NCBI GenBank assembly: GCA_964629685.1
Contig: CAZVTT010000004.1
Coordinates: forward strand, 76-64,075
From: an uncultured Gammaproteobacteria bacterium
GTDB lineage: Bacteria; Patescibacteriota; Microgenomatia; UBA10105; UBA927
DNA: 64,000 bases
Direction of reading: 5' to 3'
Position 1 is the stretch's first letter. Each line of letters starts with the position of its first letter. Both the position numbers and the translations under genes were made by a program. Under the pieces are notes generated by a model. It was not told the origin of the DNA. It worked only from the letters and a program-made list of their open reading frames with translations, and ran no database searches. This document shows positions 40,822-50,240 of the stretch, in pieces.

Positions 40822-41484
40822 TTAAGACACCTCTGTTATAACCGCAACGGGTTTAATATTGGGGAATTCTTCCAGCGTCTCACGATCATACAGCAAGCCA
40901 TTTGTCCCGTACTGCACGAGATAAAACGTGCTATCGGGGAATAAACCAGCCAGAAAAACGACGGTGCGCGGGTCATCATCCACATGACTTACATCGGGAT
41001 AATAATTCCGTAGTTCCGCAATTGCAGCGGCTTTACTCAAAGCCGTACGCATTCCGTCCGGAGTAAAAAAAGTACCAATTATAAATGAGTCAATACCCCC
41101 ATCGATGAGTGCCTGTTCGGACATTTCTACCCAGGGAAGCTTGCTTGATCTGCCGGTATTGCCGTAATTGTCTATGCCTTGGCTGATCGCTGCTTCCAAT
41201 GCTTGCGGTGTGAAGGGGAATATTTGGCGCCTGGCATGAAATGCGTACGAAACCTTTTCCGCTACACCCTCCAGCGGCTTGTTTATTACTTCCCGTACTA
41301 CCATCGGCATCTCGTTCCATGGATATTCATAAACTACTGACGGTCGCAGTTTGGCTTTAACTGCTGCCAATCTCCTGGTTATCCGTTCACGCCCGAACAT
41401 CGTGTCGTCATAGTCCCAGGTTCTGGCTCTAGTGGAACGATTCTCAGGGATGCTTACGGTGAGTCGGGAATGTTCCGGATTCAT
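40822..41484 (-). CDS. Hypothetical protein
   Basis: 220-aa ORF; DYDDT could be a HAD-like DxDxT but context atypical; stop overlaps start of rdgB. Confidence 0.4.
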   Translation of the reverse strand: MNPEHSRLTVSIPENRSTRARTWDYDDTMFGRERITRRLAAVKAKLRPSVVYEYPWNEMPMVVREVINKPLEGVAEKVSYAFHARRQIFPFTPQALEAAISQGIDNYGNTGRSSKLPWVEMSEQALIDGGIDSFIIGTFFTPDGMRTALSKAAAIAELRNYYPDVSHVDDDPRTVVFLAGLFPDSTFYLVQYGTNGLLYDRETLEEFPNIKPVAVITEVS

Positions 41485-42023
41485 ATCCCTCCATGCAAGT
41501 GTTTCCGTAGTTTTTCCACGGCAAGTCTGCGCATGCTAAAGGTTGATTTTTCCTCAGCCGACATTTCACCAAATGTTTTTGTCTGACCGTCTGGCTGAAA
41601 AATCATATCCCAGCCAAACCCGTTTTCGCCGCGTGGTGAGGTTATACTGCCGTAAACAGACCCTTCAAAAAAATGGACGCTACCTTCTTTTTCAGCATAC
41701 CCGAGTATTGTTTTTGCCTGGGCTCTGTTGTTACCGTATAGCTGCACAAGCTCTGCCAAACCGTTATTGCCCATTGTTTTTAAAAACCATTTTATGAGCG
41801 GCCCCGGCAGTCCCTGCAAACAATCGAAGTACAAAGACGTATCTTCGACAATAAATTGACCGGCATGATGCCGATACGCCTCGGTAAGCTTTGCCTGAAT
41901 AATTTTCTCTGCACTAATTTCCTGCAATTCAGGCAAATCCACATCCAGTTGTTCTACCTGCGGGATAAGTGCGTGCACTTCGTCAAATTTCCCGGCATTT
42001 CCGGTTAAAAAATACAGTTTCAT
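41481..42023 (-). CDS. rdgB: Non-canonical purine NTP pyrophosphatase (Ham1/RdgB)
   Basis: LTGNAGK N-terminal motif, Ham1 length. Confidence 0.8.
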   Translation of the reverse strand: MKLYFLTGNAGKFDEVHALIPQVEQLDVDLPELQEISAEKIIQAKLTEAYRHHAGQFIVEDTSLYFDCLQGLPGPLIKWFLKTMGNNGLAELVQLYGNNRAQAKTILGYAEKEGSVHFFEGSVYGSITSPRGENGFGWDMIFQPDGQTKTFGEMSAEEKSTFSMRRLAVEKLRKHLHGGI

Positions 42024-42106
42024 GAGATAAGTATACCTGATGAATTAAACATCGACATTCCCATTACGGCTAAGTATACTACTTCAAGAAAGCGAGGTAT
42101 CATACA

Positions 42107-42640
42107 ATGTTAACCGCACTGCAATTATTAAAAAATCAACTTAAGGAAGCCCGCGAAACATTCGAGGGAACGGTCGCGGACATTACTCCCGAACAATTGC
42201 ATCAGAATCCCGGAGGAAAAGCACTACCACTCGGCTCAGTATATGCGCATCTCTTATTCTCCGAAGATGTTATTGTTCATGGTATGTTACAGGGAAAACC
42301 TACTTTGCACGAGACAACCTGGAAAGATAAAACGGGTGCGAATATGCCCATGCCGCCTATGGATGATAAATGGTCAGCCGCACATGAAGAATGGTCACGC
42401 TCTGTGCAGATTGATTTGCCGAAACTCCGTGAATTTGCCAAAGCCGTATATGCTGACACGGACGTGTACGTAAATAGTCTGACCGATGCGGATTTAGAAA
42501 AAGAAATTGATCTGGGTTCATGGGGAAAACATACCTTAGCATCAATGTTGAGCGGCTTTGTTATTGCTCACATGAATAGCTTAACGGGAGAAATATCCGC
42601 GCTAAAAGGCATCCAAGGCGCGAAAGGCTATCCGTTTTAG
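42107..42640 (+). CDS. DinB/YfiT-like (DinB_2) family protein
   Basis: Four-helix-bundle-like pattern with conserved His residues; weak. Confidence 0.4.
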   Translation: MLTALQLLKNQLKEARETFEGTVADITPEQLHQNPGGKALPLGSVYAHLLFSEDVIVHGMLQGKPTLHETTWKDKTGANMPMPPMDDKWSAAHEEWSRSVQIDLPKLREFAKAVYADTDVYVNSLTDADLEKEIDLGSWGKHTLASMLSGFVIAHMNSLTGEISALKGIQGAKGYPF

Positions 42641-42648
42641 TTATACCT

Positions 42649-43410
42649 TTGTATAAAGCGTATAATGAGCAGATGCAACCACTGATAATTGCCCATAGAG
42701 GTCATAGTCACTCCTATCCGGAAAACACCATGATTGCCTTCCGGAAAGCAGTAGAGTTAGGTGCTGACGGCATAGAACTGGATGTGCACTTTTCCCGCGA
42801 CAAAAAACTTCTGGTTCATCATTTTTACGCACTTGGGCACACGGATACGGGTAGCGGTCTATTACGCGACATGAACGCCAAAGATCTCCAATCGCTTGAT
42901 TGTGGAAGTTGGTTTAGCCAGGAATTTAAAACGGAACGTATGCCATTGCTGGAACAGGTTTTGAATACATTCCAAAAACAAACTACGTATGAGATTGAAC
43001 TGAAGGATTTCGGAAAAGAATATGCCGGTTCCGTGATATCCGTGATTCGGAACAGTGATTTACTGACTAAGGTACAATTTACGTCGTACCAATATCCATT
43101 GCTCTCATATCTCAAAAAAAATTGCCCTCAGGCATCTCTCGGGCTTATCACCCAACCAATTCCGGATTGGATGGATCGCCGTACGGCGTTAATCCAAATG
43201 AAAGCCTCACTTATGGAGGATATTATAGATGTATTTCACTGCAATATAGATGTGCTTGATGAATCGTTTGTACAGGATCTGCATAAAATGGGGGTAAAAA
43301 TTCACGCCGGAATATGTGATTCTGAAGTTCAATTGCGGAAGGCGATGGAAATAGGAGCAGATGAGTTAACTACCAATAATTTGGAATTAGCGCTTCGGAT
43401 ACTTCGTTAA
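42649..43410 (+). CDS. Glycerophosphodiester phosphodiesterase
   Basis: IIAHRGHS...ENTMIAF...GADGIELDVH GDPD motifs. Confidence 0.8.
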   Translation: MYKAYNEQMQPLIIAHRGHSHSYPENTMIAFRKAVELGADGIELDVHFSRDKKLLVHHFYALGHTDTGSGLLRDMNAKDLQSLDCGSWFSQEFKTERMPLLEQVLNTFQKQTTYEIELKDFGKEYAGSVISVIRNSDLLTKVQFTSYQYPLLSYLKKNCPQASLGLITQPIPDWMDRRTALIQMKASLMEDIIDVFHCNIDVLDESFVQDLHKMGVKIHAGICDSEVQLRKAMEIGADELTTNNLELALRILR

Positions 43411-44156
43411 TGCATGTGGTTGTGGGCGGTACCGGGCAAATTTACCAGCGTATTCGCAAACTCGGTAGCTACTTTCTCATTCGCTACCGCATTCGGATGA
43501 GAATCCAACCAGAGTGTTCGGGTATAACTGCGGCGTAGCATACCGTTATTATCAGCCAGAAGCCCAAACAAATCAAAGATAAAAATATTATTACTCCCGT
43601 GGGATAATTTACCTGAAGTTATCCATTTAACTAACTCTCTGGCTCTATACGCGTATTCCTCTTTGGTCAGTTCTTCACGTAGCGGGGGAGGAGTAATTAC
43701 TATAAACATGTGTTTCGAAAACTTTTTTAAAGACGCAGCAATGGTTTGATAGTACTGTTTATAGCGTTCAAATTGCTCCGGCGTCGTTATTTTCGTAGTC
43801 GGATAACAGTTTTTAAAAGCTATGATGTCATAAGAAAGAATTTCTTTAAGCGTTGTATCTTGTTCGTTTCGGGAAAAAATTTCCGCGTACTCTTTTGGAC
43901 TATTGTTACTGAGGACGATGTTATAATCGCGTCCTGTAACTATTCCGTTATTATCTGTTAAACCGGTATGATATGTGTATTTGCTGAAAAAATCAGGATA
44001 ATACCTGTACAAGTTGTAACTGTGATCCCACAACTCCAATTCCGGATTCAATTTAGCCAATTTCTCCCGAAGTTTACCTTCCTTGATAATGTTGGCGCCG
44101 GTAGAATGATGAATAAATAACACTCGGGTTACTTTATGTGCAGCGTGCGGTATCAT
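43407..44156 (-). CDS. Hypothetical protein
   Basis: 249-aa ORF with no motif I can name; overlaps neighbours by 4 nt each side. Confidence 0.4.
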   Translation of the reverse strand: MIPHAAHKVTRVLFIHHSTGANIIKEGKLREKLAKLNPELELWDHSYNLYRYYPDFFSKYTYHTGLTDNNGIVTGRDYNIVLSNNSPKEYAEIFSRNEQDTTLKEILSYDIIAFKNCYPTTKITTPEQFERYKQYYQTIAASLKKFSKHMFIVITPPPLREELTKEEYAYRARELVKWITSGKLSHGSNNIFIFDLFGLLADNNGMLRRSYTRTLWLDSHPNAVANEKVATEFANTLVNLPGTAHNHMH

Positions 44157-44791
44157 ATATTTAATGCTTCAATAATGGGAATTACCTGAGATATGTCCCC
44201 ATCTATTCTATACGTTGCAATCAAATCAATGCCACTTTTAGGATTAATGGCAACGCTGGAACCGGCGAACCCGAACATGGCTTTATCAGCAGGCGAGTCT
44301 CCGACGGCTATAGTTTCTTGAGGAGGTATATGTAACCTCTCCAATATTTTTTTAACACCTGCCACTTTAAAATCTTTATCGGGAAAGTCCGCCACCGCAA
44401 TACCTTTAATACTGTTGCCATTCATTTGCGGGGTGGTTCCGACCACATAATCTATCCCCAACAAGTTTTGGTAATACTGAAGAATAGGGAGTATATTCCC
44501 GGAGTTAAGGATCGTAACAATCTTTTTCTCATGAAGATACCTGAATAGATCCTGCACACCGGGAACTAAATAGGAATTCTGGTTTAATTTCGTTTTGATC
44601 TGGTCTACGGTAATACCCTGAAGGAAATTAATACGTGTGATAAGCGTTGTAAGGCCCTGTGACTTACCATTATGAAAATCCCGGTTTAGTTGCGCACTCT
44701 CCGTTTCCTTACCTGCCAATCCGCATACGACATCCAAGATATCCCTGGTTACTAATGTGCCGTCAAAATCCAACAACACAGCTTTAATCAT
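44153..44791 (-). CDS. HAD-superfamily hydrolase (phosphoserine phosphatase-like, subfamily IB)
   Basis: LLDFDGTL motif I, KxxxxGD / GDSPADK motif IV. Confidence 0.7.
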   Translation of the reverse strand: MIKAVLLDFDGTLVTRDILDVVCGLAGKETESAQLNRDFHNGKSQGLTTLITRINFLQGITVDQIKTKLNQNSYLVPGVQDLFRYLHEKKIVTILNSGNILPILQYYQNLLGIDYVVGTTPQMNGNSIKGIAVADFPDKDFKVAGVKKILERLHIPPQETIAVGDSPADKAMFGFAGSSVAINPKSGIDLIATYRIDGDISQVIPIIEALNI

Positions 44792-44831
44792 GGCTTAAGT
44801 ATACCAGTATGGTTATATAAATAAATGCCGG

Positions 44832-44858
44832 TTGACTTATACCCCCTGGGGGTATATT
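44832..44858 (+). promoter_or_regulatory. Promoter (-35 TTGACT) with CsoR-type operator TATACCCCC-T-GGGGGTATA (44838-44856)
   Basis: Perfect 9-bp GC-rich inverted repeat resembling B. subtilis copZA CsoR box (TACCC...GGGTA) overlapping -10 region. Confidence 0.65.
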
Positions 44859-44866
44859 CTCGATGT

Positions 44867-45139
44867 ATGAAATCACATTATGATGACGTAAAAGAAAAAG
44901 CCCAAAAAAGAATAAACATCATTAAGGGACAACTGGACGGCTTGCAGAAAATGATAGAAAAGGATGAATACTGCATTGATCTTCTTAATCAAAGTTTGGC
45001 AATACAAAACTCACTCAAGAGTTTGGATTCGGTACTCTTTGAACGGCACGTAACAACCCATGTTGTGCATCAGGTTAACAATGAAAAGGGAAAAGCAGTG
45101 GATGAATTAATAACCCTTTTTAACAGAATCAATAAATAA
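44867..45139 (+). CDS. csoR: CsoR/RcnR-family metal-sensing repressor
   Basis: DUF156 fold, Cys (EYCIDL) and His (ERHVTTH) ligand positions; start at MKSHYDD (ORF-track start 44825 lies in promoter). Confidence 0.7.
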   Translation: MKSHYDDVKEKAQKRINIIKGQLDGLQKMIEKDEYCIDLLNQSLAIQNSLKSLDSVLFERHVTTHVVHQVNNEKGKAVDELITLFNRINK

Positions 45140-45154
45140 CCCTATTACACAGAT

Positions 45155-47446
45155 ATGGAAACACAAAAGTTTAACGTAAATGGCATGCACTGTGCCAGTT
45201 GTAGTGCGATAATTTCCAGGAAACTGAAAAAACTCCCCGGAATTGATTCCTGTGACGTAAACTATGCCACGGAAAAAGCAACCGTCACGTATGACCCGAA
45301 AAAAGTAACTCTCTCAGACATGAATGCCGAAATAACAAAGTACGGTTATGCGTTGTTAGAATCCATCACTAGAAATCAAAAGAATACTCCACATGTAAAT
45401 GATCTGAATAACACCCGGATTACCGGATCACATGAAACAAAAACCGAAAAATTAGCAGCATTACACGCCTTACGATTTAAAGTACTAGTGGGGCTACCAT
45501 TCGCCGTTATAGTTTTCGTATTAATGCTGTGGGAAATGGCGACAAATACCTTTATGAGCTTGGTGCATATACCGTTATCCATGCACTTGCTAAATTCCGT
45601 TTTGTTCGTATTTTCTGCCATAACCTTATTCTGGATCGGACAGCCCTTTATTGATGCGGTAATCCGGTTTATAAAATATCGGGTTGCAAATATGGATACG
45701 CTGGTGGGTATCGGGACGCTCACCGCCTTTGTCTACAGTACGTTAATACTGTTGTTTCCGCCGATACGCATCCTACTGAATGCGCCGGACCATACCTATT
45801 TTGATGTAACCATCGTGGTTATCGGCTTTGTTACACTGGGGAAATATCTGGAAGCCAAATCCAAAATACAAACTGGCGAAGCTATCGAAAAACTCCTAAA
45901 TCTTCAAGCCAAAACGGCACTGGTAGAGAGGAACGGAATCGAAACGGAAATTCCCGTTTCGGATGTGGTGGTAGGAGATATAGTCATTGTTAAACCGGGT
46001 GCAAAAATCCCCGTAGACGGAGTAATTCTTTCCGGAACTACCGCTATAGATGAGGCCATGGTTACCGGTGAATCGATACCGGTAGACAAAAAAAAGGGTG
46101 ACACCGTCATCGGGGCAACCATGAATAAACAAGGCAGTATCAGGTTTACCGCTACCAAAGTCGGCTCGGATACCATGCTGGCTCAGATCGTAAAACTGGT
46201 AGAAAACGCTCAGGGTTCAAAAGCGGAAATTCAAAATTTAGCCGACAGAATATCTGCAGTATTCGTACCACTGGTGCTGCTGGCTGCCGCCGTCACATTC
46301 TTGCTCTGGTTAACAATCGGTTCTTCAGCGCTCGGTTTTTCCAATGCGCTTTCATTCGGATTACTATCATTTGTCGGCATTTTAGTTATTGCTTGTCCTT
46401 GCGCACTGGGACTTGCTACCCCGACCGCTATTATTGTCGGAGTAGGAAAAGGTGCTGAGAATGGCATTCTCATAAAAAACGCCAATAGTTTGGAAAAACT
46501 GCACTCTGTAGACACGCTGATATTTGATAAAACCGGAACTATTACCGGAGGTAAGCCGCGGGTGACGGATTTAATCAGTCTAAACAGTAAAACGAATAAA
46601 ACGGAAGTACTCTCATTTGCACTTGCACTGGAGCACCACTCTCAGCATCCGTTAGCCACGGCAATCGTAGACAGCGCGAGAGAAATGAACATTAGTCCAA
46701 CACCGGTGACGGAATTTAAGGAAACTGAAGGAGTCGGAGTTGAAGGAAAGACACAGAATAAAAGTATAGCCGTCCGAAAACCTTCCGGAAAGGAAAAGAG
46801 TATCCCACAAATCAGGAAACTCGAATCCGAAGGGAAAACGGTAGTTACGGTGTTTGCCGATCAGAAATTAATAGGCGCAGTGGCGATCAGCGATACCATA
46901 AAACCAAATGCATTATCGGCCATAAAAACTATAAAAAAAATGGGAATTAAAACTATTATGATGACCGGAGATAACTCCCGCGCGGCCCGGTATATTGCCG
47001 ACCAAATCGGAATAGATCAGGTTTTCGCAAACGTACTCCCTTCGGATAAGGCAGGTGTTATTAAGAACTTACAGTCAAACGGCAACAAAGTGGCTATGGC
47101 AGGTGACGGTATAAATGATGCGCCGGCACTCACTCAGGCCGACGTAGGCATTGCTATGGCCACCGGAACGGATATAGCGATAGAGTCATCCGATATCACG
47201 CTGCTTCACGGAGACATTTTAAAAATACCGCAGGCGATAAAATTGTCACGGGCCACCATGCGAACAATAAAACAAAATCTTTTCTGGGCCTTTATTTACA
47301 ATATTATTGGCATTCCCTTAGCAGCCGGTGTGTTTTATCCTATTTGGGGAATTTTACTAAATCCGATATTTGCGGGAATGGCCATGGCGTTATCTTCGGT
47401 GTCAGTAGTCAGTAATTCGTTATTACTGAAAAAAACCAAAATCTAG
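45155..47446 (+). CDS. copA: Copper-translocating P1B-type ATPase
   Basis: N-terminal HMA GMHCASC, CPC transmembrane motif, DKTGTIT, GDGINDAP. Confidence 0.9.
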   Translation: METQKFNVNGMHCASCSAIISRKLKKLPGIDSCDVNYATEKATVTYDPKKVTLSDMNAEITKYGYALLESITRNQKNTPHVNDLNNTRITGSHETKTEKLAALHALRFKVLVGLPFAVIVFVLMLWEMATNTFMSLVHIPLSMHLLNSVLFVFSAITLFWIGQPFIDAVIRFIKYRVANMDTLVGIGTLTAFVYSTLILLFPPIRILLNAPDHTYFDVTIVVIGFVTLGKYLEAKSKIQTGEAIEKLLNLQAKTALVERNGIETEIPVSDVVVGDIVIVKPGAKIPVDGVILSGTTAIDEAMVTGESIPVDKKKGDTVIGATMNKQGSIRFTATKVGSDTMLAQIVKLVENAQGSKAEIQNLADRISAVFVPLVLLAAAVTFLLWLTIGSSALGFSNALSFGLLSFVGILVIACPCALGLATPTAIIVGVGKGAENGILIKNANSLEKLHSVDTLIFDKTGTITGGKPRVTDLISLNSKTNKTEVLSFALALEHHSQHPLATAIVDSAREMNISPTPVTEFKETEGVGVEGKTQNKSIAVRKPSGKEKSIPQIRKLESEGKTVVTVFADQKLIGAVAISDTIKPNALSAIKTIKKMGIKTIMMTGDNSRAARYIADQIGIDQVFANVLPSDKAGVIKNLQSNGNKVAMAGDGINDAPALTQADVGIAMATGTDIAIESSDITLLHGDILKIPQAIKLSRATMRTIKQNLFWAFIYNIIGIPLAAGVFYPIWGILLNPIFAGMAMALSSVSVVSNSLLLKKTKI

Positions 47447-47455
47447 GGTTAACCG

Positions 47456-48058
47456 TCATGTACCGAACGTTCCTGTTTTAACTTCTCCCGCGCGTTTGAA
47501 CGAGGCCACTATCACCCCGACAGGTGATACTTTTGATTCAACCAGAGTATACGCAGCAGGAATAGTACCCGAATCAAATAAGCGTTTTCCTTTACCCAAA
47601 ACCACCGGAAATATCTTTAACCAGAATTCATCTACCAAATCATGTTGCAATAATGTCTGAATTAACGTCGCACTGCCGTGTACCTGAATATCCGGTCCGT
47701 CTTGTTGTTTAAGCTTTTGTATTTGTTCTTCGACATTACCGTTCAAAAAAACGGTATTAGTCCAAGAGTGTTTTGTCTGTGTATTGGAAACGACGTATTT
47801 CGTCAACGAATTAATTCCCGGCCATTCATGTTCATGCTGCGGCCAATAACCGGCAAATATTTCAAATGTTTTTCTCCCTAACAGCAACTCCATGGGCCTC
47901 GTCATCTGCCCGGTCATGACGTTCCCCAAAAAATCGTCAAAATAGGGGACTGTCCACCCACCGTACTTAAAATCGCCGCTGGTATCTTCTTCAGGTCCAC
48001 CCGGCGCCTGCATCACACCATCCAAAGTAATAAAAGAAAGCACAATTAATTTTCGCAT
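47456..48058 (-). CDS. Dihydrofolate reductase-family protein (RibD C-terminal-domain type)
   Basis: MRKLIVLSFITLDGVMQ...GGW N-terminal pattern. Confidence 0.6.
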   Translation of the reverse strand: MRKLIVLSFITLDGVMQAPGGPEEDTSGDFKYGGWTVPYFDDFLGNVMTGQMTRPMELLLGRKTFEIFAGYWPQHEHEWPGINSLTKYVVSNTQTKHSWTNTVFLNGNVEEQIQKLKQQDGPDIQVHGSATLIQTLLQHDLVDEFWLKIFPVVLGKGKRLFDSGTIPAAYTLVESKVSPVGVIVASFKRAGEVKTGTFGT

Positions 48059-48119
48059 AATCGTATAATACCCAGTCCCAGTATATTTTGAAAGACATTA
48101 ATGTAAGATATATAACAAA

Positions 48120-48731
48120 TTACACCAACTTTTTCCGAAGCGGCCTCCTAAGCATAATTACCGAAGAAATTAATACCCACAATAAGAATATTCCGATGGG
48201 TATTCGTTCAAAAAGCCCGGCATATGGACTAAGTACGTTCGCTGCAGCGATCGGACCGGATAAAACAAATAAAATTCCGGCTATTAGAGATATTTTTGCG
48301 AATAAACGCAAATGAGTATTCCTATATCCAAACCAAAACATAAACCCACTGAGAACGGTTAACAATGAAACGATGGATACTATTCCAATGTGAATAATGC
48401 CGGTAGCAGTAATTTCAGTTCCTCTGGTATTAATCGGAAACCAGGCGATAAGTAATCCCAGTAGACCGATAAGCATAATACACAGAGCACCTACTTGAGA
48501 AAGCATAGTATTACGTATTTTGTATAACCCGTATCCGAAAAACGTAATCAGTATATTGTAGATAAAGAATATATTCATAAAGCCGCGGATGGGAGAGTGT
48601 GTGGATGTAAGCTGACTAATATCCTGAGAAATATGTGAGTACCCGGGGTAGAGAATACCGCCTAAAGTTACCGCAAAAATATATACCATCACGGCGCAGA
48701 TTCCCGCATACCAATGGTATTTATTTCCCAT
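48120..48731 (-). CDS. DUF998-like membrane protein
   Basis: Six hydrophobic helices; start set at MGNKYHW. Confidence 0.4.
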   Translation of the reverse strand: MGNKYHWYAGICAVMVYIFAVTLGGILYPGYSHISQDISQLTSTHSPIRGFMNIFFIYNILITFFGYGLYKIRNTMLSQVGALCIMLIGLLGLLIAWFPINTRGTEITATGIIHIGIVSIVSLLTVLSGFMFWFGYRNTHLRLFAKISLIAGILFVLSGPIAAANVLSPYAGLFERIPIGIFLLWVLISSVIMLRRPLRKKLV

Positions 48732-48837
48732 ACACACAGTGTACAACAGCGTTGTGAATTGCACATTGAGGTATGAGACCGAATCAGAATGAAATAACAA
48801 AGATTACCGTATGTTGTGATTATATTGGCGATTATTC

Positions 48838-49746
48838 TTACAGAGTAATTTCATTGAGCAGTTCCGCGTTTGCAAGATATATGTCCTTAGACTCGTGTTC
48901 ATCTTCTAAAAACCATAGCAGAGAAATAACCGCACACGCGAAAGCCCAAGCAAGAATTCTATCCGTTTCAAAATTCAGTTCTTCGGAAAACTGAAGTATT
49001 CTGCGTATTTCCAACTTTTTGTATTCCGAGTTTTTGGGGAAATCAAACAAAGGGTTTCGGAGAAAAGCACCCAACTCGAATGTTCTTTCTCCGATAAGTC
49101 CTTTCGGATCGATAACAAGCCATCCCCGTTCGGAGGATAGAATATTGTCATTATGTAAGTCTCCATGGAGTAAAACCAATTCTTTGTTATCGTTCACCAG
49201 CTCACGAAAAATTCCCTTCGCTTTATCAAACATCCATTTAGGAACCGGGCCGGAACTCAGAGAATTTTTCTCTTTATACCGATCAAACGCTTTCGCCCAA
49301 TCGGAGATTGTCGGAAATAACGAAGCCTGTGTGTTTGAAATAGGCTTATGCAATTCCCGTAGTACATTAGAAACTATTGAAATCTGTTTTTCATCCGGCA
49401 TGACATCGTGAACTCTGGTTCCCGGTTCAGCCTTTTCCAAAAGCATAGCTCCGTTTTCTATATCCGCTTGCAATACATTTATCGACCCGTGTCCGCGGTA
49501 AAATCGAAGAGCCTCAAATTCTAAAGGGAATTCTTGATTTTCCGGAAAGCTAAGTTTCAATACCACATTTTTTCCCGTATGGGTTTTAGCCGGTGCCACA
49601 TAGTTATATGAAAGCGGAAAAGGGGGAAAGCAGGATATTTCCCATTTGTGTTCGTACCGTTTAATAATTTCCGGCAAATTATTTAGCCACTGTTTACCGT
49701 GATCACCTCTCAGCGCAATAATTTTACGAATGAACTGTTCGTCCAT
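48838..49746 (-). CDS. Aminoglycoside phosphotransferase APH(6)/streptomycin-kinase-like protein
   Basis: Kinase-like fold with LHGDLHNDNIL Brenner motif and DPKG...; APH(6)/hydroxyurea-kinase family length. Confidence 0.65.
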   Translation of the reverse strand: MDEQFIRKIIALRGDHGKQWLNNLPEIIKRYEHKWEISCFPPFPLSYNYVAPAKTHTGKNVVLKLSFPENQEFPLEFEALRFYRGHGSINVLQADIENGAMLLEKAEPGTRVHDVMPDEKQISIVSNVLRELHKPISNTQASLFPTISDWAKAFDRYKEKNSLSSGPVPKWMFDKAKGIFRELVNDNKELVLLHGDLHNDNILSSERGWLVIDPKGLIGERTFELGAFLRNPLFDFPKNSEYKKLEIRRILQFSEELNFETDRILAWAFACAVISLLWFLEDEHESKDIYLANAELLNEITL

Positions 49747-49811
49747 AGGGGAAGTATATCAGAGGTTCTAAAATTGCAGTAAATTTATTCAATCAATATC
49801 ACGGATACGTC

Positions 49812-49887
49812 TTGGCTGCCGGGCTAGGATTCGAACCTAGAGTCGCGCTGATCCAAAGTCAGGCGTGTTACCGTTACACCACCCGGC
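49812..49887 (-). tRNA. tRNA-Gln (anticodon TTG), CCA encoded
   Basis: Cloverleaf with U1:A72 and G73 (bacterial Gln identity), U8, T-arm CTAGG-TTCGAAT-CCTAG, anticodon loop CTTTGGA. Confidence 0.65.
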
Positions 49888-49889
49888 AA

Positions 49890-50132
49890 TTATATTCGTC
49901 GTTTTAAATATGCTCGTCCGTAACCAGTTTTAAGCTGCTTCTCTCGTAAGACGGCCTTACTACTGTCTAAACAGGCTTCATAATAAATTAATTTAAACGG
50001 TAATCGATTCTGAGTCGAAATTACCTTTCCTAAATTATGCTCTGAAAGTCGCTTTTCGAGATCAGATGTAAACCCAATATAAAGTTCATTATCAATCGTA
50101 CTACGTAAAACGTAAGTATAGTAGAACTTCAT
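49890..50132 (-). CDS. Small GIY-YIG nuclease-domain protein
   Basis: YTYVL...YIGFTSDLEKRLSEHN GIY-YIG core; stop 2 nt from tRNA-Gln 5' end. Confidence 0.65.
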   Translation of the reverse strand: MKFYYTYVLRSTIDNELYIGFTSDLEKRLSEHNLGKVISTQNRLPFKLIYYEACLDSSKAVLREKQLKTGYGRAYLKRRI

Positions 50133-50240
50133 ACTTAATACACCACCTGCCCGCAATGCTACGCATAGCGTTGCAGGCGGGCCCGGCAATAACGAACTCA
50201 CCTATTTTACACTATAATCCCTATCTGGTAAAAGGAAACC

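Noticed and set aside
44825-44866. ORF-track start of the csoR gene at 44825 (and similar N-terminal extensions at 91, 19442, 37905, 50201, 57825, 19505)
   Set aside because: The extension covers the promoter/operator or lacks an RBS. Internal ATGs aligned with family N-termini and SD sequences are preferred.
50140-50190. Imperfect inverted repeat CCTGCCCGCAATGC...GCGTTGCAGGCGGG upstream of GIY-YIG gene
   Set aside because: Two mismatches in an 11-bp stem and located in a dubious N-terminal extension; not compelling.
49876-50195. 9-bp direct repeat CCCGGCAAT at tRNA-Gln 5' end and again at 50183-50191, considered as att sites flanking the GIY-YIG gene
   Set aside because: Too short, involves the tRNA 5' rather than 3' end, and no integrase is present; likely coincidence.
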